63,782 bases of DNA, filler included, from Octopus bimaculoides (GCF_001194135.2; 6 parts of 6 records of this genome joined end to end with filler, not necessarily neighbours in it); one strand, 5' to 3'; positions 41,171-53,651 are shown, counted from the whole stretch's first letter. The notes: generated by a model from the sequence alone, not told the origin. Numbers and translations are program-made.

Positions 41171-42237
41171 TGTGGCTGTATAATCAGTGGCTGTAATTAA
41201 AATTTTCGTTATTGTAGTATTCCAAGATCAACCACGACCGAGAAAACTCGGAAGAGCGTGTCAGTTATGGATATAACCATCTCGGACTACTTTATCTGTC
41301 TTTCCCTTATCAAAACTGTTGACTGATTGGACAGAAATAGGGAGATTCGGCTGCTGTTTTTAGCATGTCGAATACTCGAGATATTTCTTCATCAGACTAA
41401 TTTTCAACTTATGTATAGCAGTTCGTTATTTCGACTTTCCATTGTTCGTGGTTCTTTAAATCACAACACAAAACTTGCCTTTCCATCTCCTCTTAAGGTC
41501 GATAAACAAAGAGACTAGTAACTAACTAAAAAAAAAATAATAAAAGAGAAGAAAAAAATTATAGAAAATGGATAAGGGATGTTTTTGACTCAAGATATAT
41601 TACAAGGATGGGTCAAAATGTCATCAAGTTTTGTAATTATTGATATTTCCACTCGAATAGTAAAATTCAAACGTTGTTTTTCATTAATCATTTCCTTGTG
41701 TGTACCATAGTTGTAACGAAGCCCCATTAATACGTTTATCTGCAGACAAAAATCTGTTGTTCTGTTTATTTTGTGTATGGTGTTCGTTGGTGCCATATCT
41801 CTTTGGCAATAAAATTGTGTTAATTTTTCTTTATTGGTTTTTCCTTTATCTGCAGCTTGGGTTTGCTAAGATAAAAACCACTTTATTTTATTTGTGTATT
41901 TTATTGTATGCCTAGAAGAATTCAAGAACGAAACCAAGTGAGTTTATAAAGCGTTGTTCTAACCAACGCTCTTAAAACAGTACGTGTGTGTTTGTGTTAT
42001 AAGAATTTGGTAATTTCGAGAGATTATTAAGTAAATTAATTCTTTAACAATGAAATTCGAAGTAGTTACAGCTATTAATAATTGCATTAGAAAAAAAAAA
42101 AAAAATCCTTGGTTGGAAAAAAACAAAATTGGAGGCTACCTGACTTCTTCCATCCAACGGATGTTAAACCTAATATTCGACTGGCTATTATTTACACCAT
42201 TTATAGCTTTATCTACTTCGAGTTCCATCATTAAAAG

Positions 42238-42275
<38 letters not shown>

Positions 42276-42380
42276 CGATTAGTCTGGATAGCTTACAGCT
42301 GGCCAGCTACGTGTCAAACCGTCAAACCCATGCCAGCATGGAAAACGGACGTTAAACGATGATAATGATGATAAAGTGCA

Positions 42381-42784
42381 AATGTGACTGTGTGGTAAGA
42401 AGCTTGCTTCCCGACCACATGGTTCTGGGTTCAGTCCCACTGTGACACCTTCGGCAAGTGTCTTCTACTATAGCCTCGGGCCAACCAAACTCTTGTGCAT
42501 GGACTTGTTAAATAGAAACTGAAAGAAGCCCATTGTATATGTATATATGTACCTATATGTGTATGTCCTTGTGTCTGTGTTTGTCCCCACTGCCACAGCT
42601 TGACAAATGGTGTTGGTGTGTTTATGTCCCCATTAACTTATCAGTTCAGCAAAAGAAAACAATATAAGTAACCAGACTTCAAAAAATGAAGTACCGCGGT
42701 TGATTCATCCAGCTAAAAGAAGAAATTCTCCAAGGCAGTGCCTTAGTATGACCAAAATCTAATGATTGAAGCAAGCAAAAGATA
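42381..42784 (+). mobile_element. SINE family A, full length
   Basis: gtgactgtgtggtaagaagcttgcttccc...gggttcagtcccactg...gcagtgccttagtatgacc...tgattgaagcaagcaaaag. Confidence 0.8.
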
Positions 42785-42794
42785 TATGCAGAAT

Positions 42795-43296
42795 CCTTCA
42801 TTGGACACTAAACTCGGCTTGCGAAGACGTATTGGGGCAAGCGAAAGCGAAATCGTAATGGCACCTGTGCCCAGTGTCGCCTTCTTGGCACTTGTGCCAG
42901 TGGCACGTGTAAAGACATTCGAGNNNNNNNNNNATTGGGGCAAGCGAAAGCGAAATCGTAATGGCACCTGTGCCCAGTGTCGCCTTCTTGGCACTTGTGC
43001 CAGTGGCACGTGTAAAGACATTCGAGCGAGATCGTTGCCAGTGCCGCTGGACTGGCTTCTGTGCAGGTGGCACGTAAAATACACCATTTTGAGTGTGGCC
43101 GTTGCCAAGTACCGCCTGTGGCACATAAAAGCACCCACTACACTCTCAGATTGGTTGGCGTAAAGAAGGGCATCCAGCTGTAGAAACTCTGCCAAATCAG
43201 ATTGGAGCCTGGTGTAGCCATCTGGTTCACCGGTCCTCAGTCAAATCGTCCAACCCATGCTAGCATGGAAAGCGGATGTTAAACGATGATGATGAT
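42795..43296 (+). mobile_element. Family D repeat with an RTE-like 3' tail and (GAT)n end
   Basis: tggttggcgtaaagaagggcatccagctgtagaaac...catgctagcatggaaagcggatgttaaacgatgatgatg. The same tail occurs at 42298-42372, 43945-44198, 48645-48690, 49858-49930 (-) and 50930-51256 (-). The RTE assignment is from memory. Confidence 0.7.
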
Positions 43297-43596
43297 ATAA
43301 AGTTGACTCCAGGTACTTAATTAAAACCAGAATGTGTAATTTTCAAACTGCAACCAGATAATTGAAGCAGGATTCATATTGCATGATGCATGTACCAGCT
43401 GTTATCTCATAAAAACGAGACATATTAAAATCTCATTTTGTTTTTTTTTTGTTTTATTTGCATATTGCTATATATCTTACGCCTGTATTGGATGCTAAAC
43501 ACACTATTGGTTGTATATATTATACAGGAAGAACAGCAGTCCACTTTGCAGGATCTCTTCAAATTGGAAATTGGAGTAATTTTTAGATATAGTTTA

Positions 43597-43812
43597 AACC
43601 CTTAAGCATTCAGATTATTTTGTCAAATCTAATGTTATTTTATTTACATTGTGTTTAATTAATCATGCATTATTTTGTGGCTTAGGAATATTGATGTGAT
43701 TATATATTTGTACAATGGCATTGAAGGGTAGGTGTGATAAGCTGGATCTCGTTGGTTTGAACATAAAACAGATAGCGTATTGGGCCCAGATGTGGTTGGT
43801 TCAAATGCTGAA
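43597..43812. mobile_element. Diverged second copy of the 46126-46346 MITE family
   Basis: Shares internal blocks with 46126-46346 (cccttaagcattcagattattttgtcaaa; tttgaacataaaacag; aaatgct). Right end is degenerate. Confidence 0.55.
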
Positions 43813-43944
43813 CCTGTATGATGTGTTCCTTAATTTGTTACACTTATCTTTTTCATTAAAATGGTCAAACAGTTGCACTGAGACAGCTGATATGTGAGTA
43901 CTTGACTGGCTAGAAATAGTAGCGTTTGGGCCTCATGGAGGCAA

Positions 43945-44198
43945 GGTAGCTGATGCCGGTGGCATGTGAAAAGCATTGGAGGCAATGACGAATAGCCAAG
44001 ATGTTTGGCATTATGCTGTGCTTGAGAAGAAGACCCACCAAGCCAAGTAAAATCACAGTTGTGGCAGATACTGGTGTCACGCAAATGGTACTCTTGCCAG
44101 TGGCATGTAAAAGCACCTATTACACTTTCGGAGTGGTTGGTGTTAGGAAGGGCATCCAGTTGTAGAAACCATGTCAAAGCAGAATGGAGTCTGGTGTA
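43945..44198 (+). mobile_element. Family D repeat, truncated at the SINE C insertion
   Basis: ggcatgtaaaagcacctattacactttcggagtggttggtgttaggaagggcatccagttgtagaaac...ctggtgtagc. Confidence 0.7.
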
Positions 44199-44569
44199 GC
44201 AATGGCCCAGTGGTTAGGGCAGCGGACTCGCAGTCATAGGATTGCGGTTTCAATTCCTAGACTAGGTGTTGTGAGTGCTTATTGAGCGAAAACACTTAGA
44301 GCACCACAAGGCTCCGGTCGGAGGTGGTGGAAAACCCTGCTGTACTCTTTCACCACAGCTTTCTTTCACTCTTTCTTCCTGTTTCTTTTGTGCCTGTAAT
44401 TCAAAGGGTCAGCCTTGTCACACTGTGTTACGCTGAATATCCCCGAGAACTATGTTAAGGGTACACATGTCTGTGGAGTGCTCAGCCACTTGCACGTTAA
44501 TTTCACGAGCAGGCTGTTCCGTTTCTCGGATCAACTGGAACCCTCGTCGTCGTAACCGACAGAGTGCCA
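44199..44569 (+). mobile_element. SINE family C, second copy, abutting a truncated family D element
   Basis: Co-linear with 30977-31365. Confidence 0.85.
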
Positions 44570-44594
44570 TTAAATTGCTAGTTGCATTGCATTA

Positions 44595-44780
44595 ATCCTT
44601 TCTTCTATAGGCACAAGGCCTGAAATTTTGCCGTGAGGGGACCAGTCAATTACATCGACACCCAGTGTTCCACTAGTACTTAATTTATCAATCCCCAAAA
44701 GGAGGAAAAGCAAAGTCAACCTTGGCGGAATTTGAACTCGGAATGTAGCGATAGACTAAATACCGCTTAGCATTTCACCC
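44595..44780 (-). mobile_element. SINE family B
   Basis: ggcacaaggcctgaaattt...caaagtcaaccttggcggaatttgaactc...taccgcttagcatttc. Confidence 0.75.
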
Positions 44781-45102
44781 AGGTTCAGTTCCAAAGCATG
44801 GAACCATAGTGTTGAGCCAGCCCAAGGTGAAACTGTGCTGAAGCTGTCATGTCTTGTACTTGTTCTTATGTTGTCTGTTCCTTGGTTGTTCACCACTTCT
44901 TGGACCTTCAGAGCAGTCATAGTAGTTGTAGTAGTCGCAGTAGAGCTTTTAGTAGTAGTCATAGTCATGGATAACGTCATTGTTTACCATCACCAGTTCT
45001 TACAAGAGACCATTGTTCTTATCTGATGAAATTTTAAAGCAAGAGAAGGAATGCGTGGCAGTGGTAACGAAGTGACCTCTCCAAGGACCTCAGACCAATC
45101 TA

Positions 45103-45504
45103 TGTTTTACTATTTTATTTGTTTCAGTCATTTTGACTGTGGCCATGCTGGAGCACCGCCTTTAGTCGAGCAAATCGACCCCAGGACTTGTTCTTTGGAA
45201 GCCTAGTACTTATTCTATCGGTCTCTTTTGCCGAACCGCTAAGTTGCGGGGACGTAAACACACCAGCATCAGTTGTCAAGCGATGTTGCAGGGATAAACA
45301 CAGACACACAAGCATATATGCACACACAAATACATACATATATATATGACGGGCTTCTTTCAGTTTCCGTCTACCAAATCCACTCGCAAGTCTTTGGCCG
45401 GCCCGAGGCTATAGTAGAAGACATTTGCCCAAGGTGCCACGCAGTGGGACTGAACCTGGAACCATGTGGTTCGTAAGCAAGCTACTTACCACACAGCCAC
45501 TCCT
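45103..45504 (-). mobile_element. SINE family A, full length, near consensus
   Basis: Tail tttcagtcattttgactgtggccatgctggagcaccgcc through head cttaccacacagccactcct. Confidence 0.85.
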
Positions 45505-46125
45505 ATGCCTGTCTTGTGAATGATCTTGCCACACAGAAGTAGTATGGGAGCACCCAGTATTTGCCATGAAGTGGATTGGCATTAGGGAGGGCATCTTGCT
45601 GTAAAAGTCATGTCAGAGCTGACAACGGGTTTGGTGCAGTCTTGTGGCTTGCTGCCCCCTTGTCAAACTGTCCACCGCATATCATCACACACATACATAT
45701 ATGAACAAGCTTTCAGAGTCTGTCTACCATATTCACCCACAATGGTTTCATCAGTAGAAACTTGCCTAAAGGACCATGCTGTAGGAATGGACCCCTCATT
45801 CATGTTTTAGAGAAGCAAATTTCTAGCCTCACCATATTTGTGCTAGGCAGTGAGTTACTCTATCAACATGAATTATTTCTCCTGAAGTTACAGGCTTAAT
45901 CAATCAGCATTGAGTAAAGCCCTCTGATCAAAAGCACTCCACATGTGACCATCCTGTTATTTGTATTGAGTGTTTCTGACTTTATTATCTTAGTATGTCC
46001 TTTGTTGAGGAAGATTAGGCTTCTATTTCTTGTAACTTGAACGACCACGTTGTAGAGTGGTTGATGAAGCAGTTTTGAGAATATTAGTCCGGCCCTTTCA
46101 CACCCCTGTCTCCATGAGCCCTTAA

Positions 46126-46346
46126 CCCTTTAGTGTTCGCATTATTCTGCCAAAATTAATGCTTTTTCATCTACATTGTTTTGAACTAATCATACATTAT
46201 CTTGTAGCTATGAGATTTTGATGAGGTAGCTGTTAATTTTTAAAACAATATTGTTGGGTTGGTATGAGGGACCAGATCTGGCCAGTTTGAACATAAAACA
46301 GGCAGAATACTTTTGGCCGGATATGACCGGTTTAAATGCTAAAGGG
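46126..46346. mobile_element. piggyBac-type MITE (221 bp)
   Basis: TTAA (46122-46125) + CCCTTTAG ... CTAAAGGG + TTAA (46347-46350): TTAA target duplication, CCC termini and a short TIR, with no ORF. Confidence 0.75.
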
Positions 46347-46613
46347 TTAATCTTATTTCTGAGAAATAAATGAATTTTGATTGGTGCATCTACCTGTGTA
46401 GCTCTCTGGCTTGCACAGAAAAAAAGAAAAAAAGGAAAAGTTGAAAGAAAAGACAAGAAAAATAGAGAATTAAAAGTATTGTATATATTGTGATATAAAT
46501 ATATGTAATTACGAACATATTCTCTCATACACGCAAGCACCTGTATATATATGCGTGTGTATATGTATATGTGTGCGTGTATATGTACATATATATATAT
46601 GTGTATATGTATG

Positions 46614-46646
<33 letters not shown>

Positions 46647-46902
46647 ATGTATATATGTGTGTGTATATGTATATTTATGTGTATATGCATGTGTCTATGC
46701 ATGTGTGTATATATGTATATATTTATATATGTGTATATGTATATGCGTGTGTGTGTGTGTATAGATGTGTATTAATGCGTGTATATTCATATATATAATA
46801 TATATATGTATATTGATTTTTTTTTTTATCTATATATATGTATATGAATATTAATCTTACTGCATATATACACACATATATACATATATTGATTTTTATA
46901 TT

Positions 46903-46982
<80 letters not shown>

Positions 46983-47469
46983 TTAATCTTACTGAATATA
47001 TAGAAAATAAATGAAATACTAATATATATAATTTTTCACACACACGTGCATATGTATATATATGTGTGTGTATAATTGCCTATATTTACATGTTCACCAC
47101 CCTTAACAATACAAGCTTTACATTATGAAGAGTAATTAATCAGTTAAGTTGCAAAACTTGTTCCAATCCCTGGACTACTCTTTTACCACTACCCACCACC
47201 ACCACCACCACCGACACCAACCTGCAATCTGCTGCCATCAATTCATTGTAGCCTTTTGTGCTTTACTGCTTCGCGGAATCTCCATTCAAGTTTCTTCACT
47301 TCCAATTAGTATCTTTTTCACATTAGAACCACCACCGCCATCATCATCATCATTATTACTGTAATTATAACATTCATCGCCAGTGTAATTATAACCACGA
47401 TTATCTAATGTTTCCCTTGCTATGTAATTTGTTATTATTATCATTATTATTATTATAATTATTCATGCA

Positions 47470-47715
47470 ATGAGCTGGCAGAATCATTAGCACGCCGGGC
47501 GAAATGCTTAGTGATATTTCGTCTGTCTTTATGTTCCGAGTTCAAATTCCGCTGAGGTCAACTTTGTCTTTCATCCTTTCAGGGTTGATAAATTAAGTAC
47601 AAGTCAAGTACTGGGGTCGATGTGATCAGTTGTCCTGCTCCCCACAAAAATCCAGGCCTTGTGCCTTGTTGTTATTATTATTATTATTATTATTATTGTT
47701 ACTATTATTATTAAG
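47470..47715 (+). mobile_element. SINE family B with (ATT)n tail
   Basis: gagctggcagaatcattagcacgccgggcgaaatgctta...caggccttgtgcc followed by (att)n. Confidence 0.8.
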
Positions 47716-47770
47716 GTTGTAAGCTTGTTATAGCCATTAAGAATTTGGCCCAGGTTCGAAATTTCCCCAA

Positions 47771-47816
47771 GACACCTGATGAAGGCTGGAGGGTATATCA
47801 GCCGAAACGTTGTGTT
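47771..47816 (+). ncRNA. Minimal Penelope-type hammerhead ribozyme motif inside a PLE-like terminal fragment (~47746-47865)
   Basis: GACAC-CUGAUGA-A-GGCUG-gagggUauau-CAGCC-GAAA-CGU-U-GUGUU. Stem I GACAC/GUGUU, core CUGAUGA (47776-47782), 5-bp stem II, GAAA (47804-47807), ACGU palindrome, predicted cleavage after GUU (47811). Confidence 0.7.
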
Positions 47817-47880
47817 AACAACAAACATGATGAGGACAAATATCCATCAAATGTAAATAATGTATAATATATTATATATA

Positions 47881-48022
47881 CCACAGGCTTCTTTGAGTTT
47901 CTGTCTACCAAATCCACGCACAAGGCTTTGGTTGACCTGAGGCTTACCCAAGGTGCCACGCAGTGGGACTGAACCTGGAACCATGTGCTTGGGAGGCAGG
48001 CTTCTTACCACACAGCCATTGC
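47881..48022 (-). mobile_element. SINE family A, 5' part only
   Basis: ggcttctttgagtttctgtctaccaaatccac...cccaaggtgccacgcagtgggactgaacc...cttaccacacagcc. Confidence 0.75.
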
Positions 48023-48429
48023 CTGTGCCTAATTATCAACTTTATCTTTAATATAATCTAATTACAGAACTTAATTAAAAAAAAATGAGTGAGATAAAAA
48101 GCCATGGAAGGCAAAGGTGTAGATATCACACAGAAGCTTGAAATTTTCACCATTCCCATCTCTGTCTCACATGCAATCTGTAAAATACATAAACAGAGAT
48201 TAGAACAGAAAGTCAGATCTCTGTTACATCAACATCTGTTTCGCTCATTGATTCCCGCTATAAAATAAGGGCCCCTTGTATCAGCATGTCAGTCTCTGGG
48301 GGTAAAAAAAAGCTTTCGTATCCTTAGGATCCCAGGCTCCCAGTTTGCAGCATTTTAACCCAGTTTGCCAGTGGTAGATAAGTGTGTTAATCTATTTATT
48401 TACACGTTGTTTGCATGTAGGTGTGTATG

Positions 48430-48513
<84 letters not shown>

Positions 48514-48612
48514 TGCTTGTCACAACATACATACATATGCACTTCCTCTGGCTCTATGCTGACACACACCCATATATATATATATACTCACACGCACTCA
48601 TAGATGCATGAC

Positions 48613-48648
<36 letters not shown>

Positions 48649-48732
48649 CCCACGCCAGTATGGAAAGCAGACGTTAAACGATGATAATTATGTATATATA
48701 TATATATAGATATAGATTCACATGTATATACA

Positions 48733-48793
<61 letters not shown>

Positions 48794-48848
48794 NNNNNNN
48801 NNNNNNNNNNNNNNNNNNNNNNNNNNNNNNNNNNNNNNNNNNNNNNNN

Positions 48849-48921
<73 letters not shown>

Positions 48922-48984
48922 TTGACCTGTTTATGATTATACCATATGTTACATATGTATATACATACATACACACACTTATAC

Positions 48985-49017
<33 letters not shown>

Positions 49018-49407
49018 GCTGCATATACATCACGCACACTTGTGTATGTATATACATATATACCTACATACATACACTTATATTATACACATACACACAC
49101 ACGTATCAGGCATCTTTGCCTATCATCTTCCACATAGATGAAAGTCAAAGGCAGGCCTGATGTGTGTGTGTGTGTGTGTGTGTACAGTGAGCGGATTTGG
49201 TATGCATCATACATGTGTGTGAGTGACATGTGATTACTGTGAAGAGGAATTGCCATCATTCAAGCAATGTTGTCTATGCTGGTCCTCTATGAAAACCATG
49301 ACCATGGGTAATTATTAGTTTGTTGGGAAAGAGGTGAAGGTTGGTGACAGGATGAGCATCCATCTGTAGAAAAGCCAGAGGAATGTATGCTTGCATGCAT
49401 ATGTTTA

Positions 49408-49823
49408 TTTTTTTATTCTATTCTTTTACTTGTTTCAGTCATTTGACTGCGGCCATGCTGGGGCACCGCCTTGAAGGATTTTAGTTGAACAAATTGACCC
49501 CAGGAGTTGTCTTTTCTGTTTGTTCAAGCCTGGTACTTATTCTATCAGGCACTCTTTGCCGAACTGCTAAGTTATGGGTGCATAAATAGATGAACACCGA
49601 TTGTCTGGCAGTGTTGGTGACAAACACATATAAACACACACAATAGATACATACATATATATATATACGACAGGCTTCTTTCAGTTTCCTCCTACCAAAT
49701 TTACTCACAAGGCTTTAGTTGAGTCGAGGCTGCAGTAGAAGACACTTGCGCAAGGTACCACATAGTGGGACTGAACTTGGAACCATGGGATTGAGAAGCA
49801 AGCTTCTTATCACACAGCCATGT
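49408..49823 (-). mobile_element. SINE family A, full length
   Basis: Same tail, body and head blocks on the - strand. Confidence 0.8.
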
Positions 49824-49964
49824 CGATGCCTCTATGTTTGAAAATGATTTTAATGTCAGCTCATCATCATCATCGTTTAACGTCTACCTTCCATGCTGGC
49901 ATGGGTGGGACAGTTTGACACGAGCCAACCTTAGTATAATAATTTATACTAATTTATACTTATT

Positions 49965-50218
49965 ATCTCCCCTTCTTCCTAGCTCTCTTGTGTGACCCTT
50001 CTGTCTGGCATTCACCATGATAGATCACTAGCCACTACACATTCTTTTTTTTTCTTTCCTTGTTTCTTTCTGTGTTCCTTTCTGTGGAAGAGCGTCAGGC
50101 TCGAAACGTTAAAGACTTTTTCACTTCCTGAGCGTTATACTAATACATCTGTTTGTTGTCTGCACCACCTGTCTTCATCTTTTGTTTTTTATGTGAATTC
50201 TCCCATTAATATAATAAT
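49965..50218 (+). mobile_element. PLE-like terminal repeat fragment carrying a variant hammerhead (50078-50114)
   Basis: CUUU-CUGUGGA-A-GAGC-gucag-GCUC-GAAA-CGU-U-AAAG. A sibling copy at ~17093-17179 (catgatagatcgctagtcactacac...gtgttcctttgtgtagaagagaataggct) is cut by a gap. Confidence 0.55.
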
Positions 50219-50520
50219 AGGTTGGATGAAAAATTGAAGAAGAAAGATAAGATAACATGTGTCTGTGAGGTTGACTTCAAACCTTGAACAAGCAAAAGTA
50301 AGAGCTGATTCCAGAGAGTAATGTTGTTGACAACAGGATTTTAAGGTTTTCAACAGGGTCCATAAAAAATTTCTTGGAGGCACATGTCTTAGCAGTTAAT
50401 GTGTTGGACTCATGATCGTAAGATTGTGGTTTCGATTCCTGGACTAGGCGACGCGTTATGTTCTTGAGCAAGACATTTCATTTCACGTTGCTCCAGTCCA
50501 CTCAGCTGGCAGAAATGAGT

Positions 50521-50754
50521 AATAAGAAGATGGCGAGCTGGCAGAGTGGTTAGCACGCCGGGCGAAATGCTTAGCGGTATTTCATCTGCTATTACGTTTG
50601 AGTTCAAATTCCGCCAAATTCGATTTTGCCTTTCATCCTTTCAGGGTAAATTAAGTACCAGTTATGCACTAGGGCCGATGTAATTGATTTAATCTTCTTG
50701 TCTGTCCTTGTTTGTCCCCTCTATGTTTAGCCCCTTGTGGGCAATAAAGAAATA
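50521..50754 (+). mobile_element. SINE family B nested in another tRNA-SINE (50376-50520 plus ~50765-50815)
   Basis: Direct repeat AGAAATGAGT at 50511-50520 and 50755-50764. The host element has head ggaggcacatg...ggtttcgattcctgg...cttgagcaagacat. Confidence 0.8.
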
Positions 50755-50929
50755 AGAAATGAGTGATCCTGCGACGCAAACTGGGAAGCTGCCCTTTACG
50801 ATCCGGCAGGACTCAAAAAAAGTAACTTTACCTTATTTTCTTGTTAAAATTCATGTGCAATAAATTGCTTATAGTTCTCCAATACACAAAGTATTTTGGC
50901 AGTTTTTTAATGCAATTTCTAATAACATT

Positions 50930-51256
50930 CATCGTCGTCGTCGTTTAACGTCTGCTTTCCATGCTAGCATGAGTTGGACGATTTGACTGAGGACTGGTGA
51001 AACCAGATGGCTACACCAGGCTCCAATCTGATTTGGCAGTGTTTCTACAGCTGGATGCCCTTCCTAACGCCAACCACTCCGAGAGTGTAGTGGGTGCTTT
51101 TACGTGTCACCCGCACGAAGGCCAGTCAGGCGGCACTGGCAACGGCCATGCTCATCTCGCTCGAGAAACCTCATGTGTCACCCGCACAGGAGCCAGCCCA
51201 GGGGCACCAGCAACGATCTCGCTCGAGAATCCTACAACAACCCCACACAAGAGCCA
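50930..51256 (-). mobile_element. Family D repeat, - strand, truncated by a gap
   Basis: Reverse complement of the 43100-43296 tail, then internal cacccgcac-type repeats. Confidence 0.75.
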
Positions 51257-51719
51257 NNNNNNNNNNNNNNNNNNNNNNNNNNNNNNNNNNNNNNNNNNNN
51301 NNNNNNNNNNNNNNNNNNNNNNNNNNNNNNNNNNNNNNNNNNNNNNNNNNNNNNNNNNNNNNNNNNNNNNNNNNNNNNNNNNNNNNNNNNNNNNNNNNNN
51401 NNNNNNNNNNNNNNNNNNNNNNNNNNNNNNNNNNNNNNNNNNNNNNNNNNNNNNNNNNNNNNNNNNNNNNNNNNNNNNNNNNNNNNNNNNNNNNNNNNNN
51501 NNNNNNNNNNNNNNNNNNNNNNNNNNNNNNNNNNNNNNNNNNNNNNNNNNNNNNNNNNNNNNNNNNNNNNNNNNNNNNNNNNNNNNNNNNNNNNNNNNNN
51601 NNNNNNNNNNNNNNNNNNNNNNNNNNNNNNNNNNNNNNNNNNNNNNNNNNNNNNNNNNNNNNNNNNNNNNNNNNNNATTTCAGGCCTTGTGCCTATAGTA
51701 GAAAGGGTTATTATCATTA

Positions 51720-51943
51720 AGGTGGTGAGCTAGCAGAATCGTTAGCACACTGGACAAAATGCTTTGTGGCATTTCATCAGTTTTTTATGTTCTGAGTTCA
51801 ATTTCCGCTGAGGTCAGCTTCACCTTTCATCCCTTCAGGATGAATGAAAATAAGTACCTGTTGAGCACTGGGGTCGTTCTAATTGACTTAACAACCCAAC
51901 TCCTGAATTTGCTGACCTTGTACCAAAATTTGAAGCCAGTATT
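51720..51943 (+). mobile_element. SINE family B, preceded by the tail of another copy at 51677-51715
   Basis: aggtggtgagctagcagaatcgttagcac...ctgagttcaatttccgctgaggtc...accaaaatttgaa. Confidence 0.75.
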
Positions 51944-51947
51944 TAAT

Positions 51948-52068
51948 TATGGTTCCGGGTTCAGTCCTACTGCGTGGCACCTTGGGCAAGTGTCTTCTAC
52001 TATAGCCTCGGGCCGACCATTGTGAGTGGATTTGGTAGAAAGAAACTGAAAGAAGCTCGTCGTATATA
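51948..52068 (+). mobile_element. SINE family A fragment, followed by an inverted head fragment at ~52122-52190
   Basis: atggttccgggttcagtcctactgcgtggcaccttgggcaagtgtcttc..., then cacagtgggactgaacccagaaccatgtgg. Confidence 0.7.
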
Positions 52069-52378
52069 CTGGCTTGTATGACAGTGATGCTTCTTTACAA
52101 CTATCATGCTGTCATAACGGAACACAGTGGGACTGAACCCAGAACCATGTGGATGGGAGTCAGACATCTTAACCACACGACCATTGCCTGCAACTGTCCT
52201 ATGCCAACATGGCGAATGGACATTAAACGTTGTTGACATATGTGCTTACGCATGTTTATGTAAGCTTGTTTGTGTGTTTGTATGTGTGTGTGTGTGTGTA
52301 TATATACAGTGTCTGTAAATTATTTTTACAACTTCCATGCTTTTAAGCTACATATTGTATAGAGAGTTTATGGACACC

Positions 52379-52436
<58 letters not shown>

Positions 52437-52501
52437 TCAATATGCAACTACTTTTGTTATGCATCACTGCTGCTGCTACATTACCACATCTATGATGGCA
52501 G

Positions 52502-52544
<43 letters not shown>

Positions 52545-52843
52545 TACCATCTCTATAAAAACACTACAACCGAAACTGCAACAACTACCTTCATGAATAC
52601 AATAGCACATGCACCACCACAGCTTCATCTACTAAATATATATATATGTATATATGTGATGCACTTATATAAACATGCATATGCACACACACACACACAC
52701 ACACATATACATAATATATATTAGTATGCACACATATCCACACGTTCACACACAATAGAGAACACCTGAATATCTCTCTCTTCTGTCTCACACCCTTACA
52801 ACAGCAACAAAAATAAGACATTAACTCTGTCAGTACCAATTAC

Positions 52844-52881
<38 letters not shown>

Positions 52882-52923
52882 TGCACAAACTCTCTCTCAC
52901 GCATGCATGCACACACATACATA

Positions 52924-53023
52924 NNNNNNNNNNNNNNNNNNNNNNNNNNNNNNNNNNNNNNNNNNNNTTAATTAATTAANNNNNNNNNNNNNNNNNNNNN
53001 NNNNNNNNNNNNNNNNNNNNNNN
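52924..53023. other. Artificial 100-bp scaffold join
   Basis: Linker 52968-52979 with 44 N on each side. Confidence 0.95.
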
Positions 53024-53146
53024 TATACACACACGTACTCTCACACTCGCAGGCTCACACACCTTTAGCGGATCAAAGTCAATCTGATATATCGCTTCGC
53101 TAAAATAAGGTCAATATACTCAGATTTATATATTGTAAAGTATGAA

Positions 53147-53193
<47 letters not shown>

Positions 53194-53345
53194 GTATATG
53201 TGCTTGTACATACGTAGTATGCTTATGTACGTTAGTTATAGCTACATATTTATAGAGACATACATATATATATATATATATATAAAACCATATATATACA
53301 TATATATATCCACATGTATATATCCATATATATGCATATATATAA

Positions 53346-53377
<32 letters not shown>

Positions 53378-53561
53378 GTATACAAACATATATCGTATAT
53401 ACATATTGTAAACATACAGTCGCATTTTATGAGTAGTACCTTTAAGTTTCTATTCATGTATAATGCACTTTGAAATGTCATCCATCCAATATATATATAT
53501 ATATATATTAATCTATACATACACAATTACATATACATACACACGCATATATATATATCTA

Positions 53562-53594
<33 letters not shown>

Positions 53595-53604
53595 NNNNNN
53601 NNNN

Positions 53605-53651
<47 letters not shown>

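Noticed and set aside
41700-41915. LFGN peptide in a short ORF as the start of the LMO4 LIM2 exon
   Set aside because: No acceptor AG at the right phase and no following C-x2-C; chance match.
42831-43026. Perfect 93-bp direct repeat (42831-42923 and 42934-43026)
   Set aside because: Identical copies on either side of a 10-N gap are the signature of an unmerged contig overlap; probably an assembly artefact.
47771-50114. Idea that the two sense-strand hammerheads heterodimerise in cis through their shared ACGU palindrome
   Set aside because: A dimer needs cross-paired stem I strands, and GACAC/AAAG and CUUU/GUGUU are not usefully complementary.
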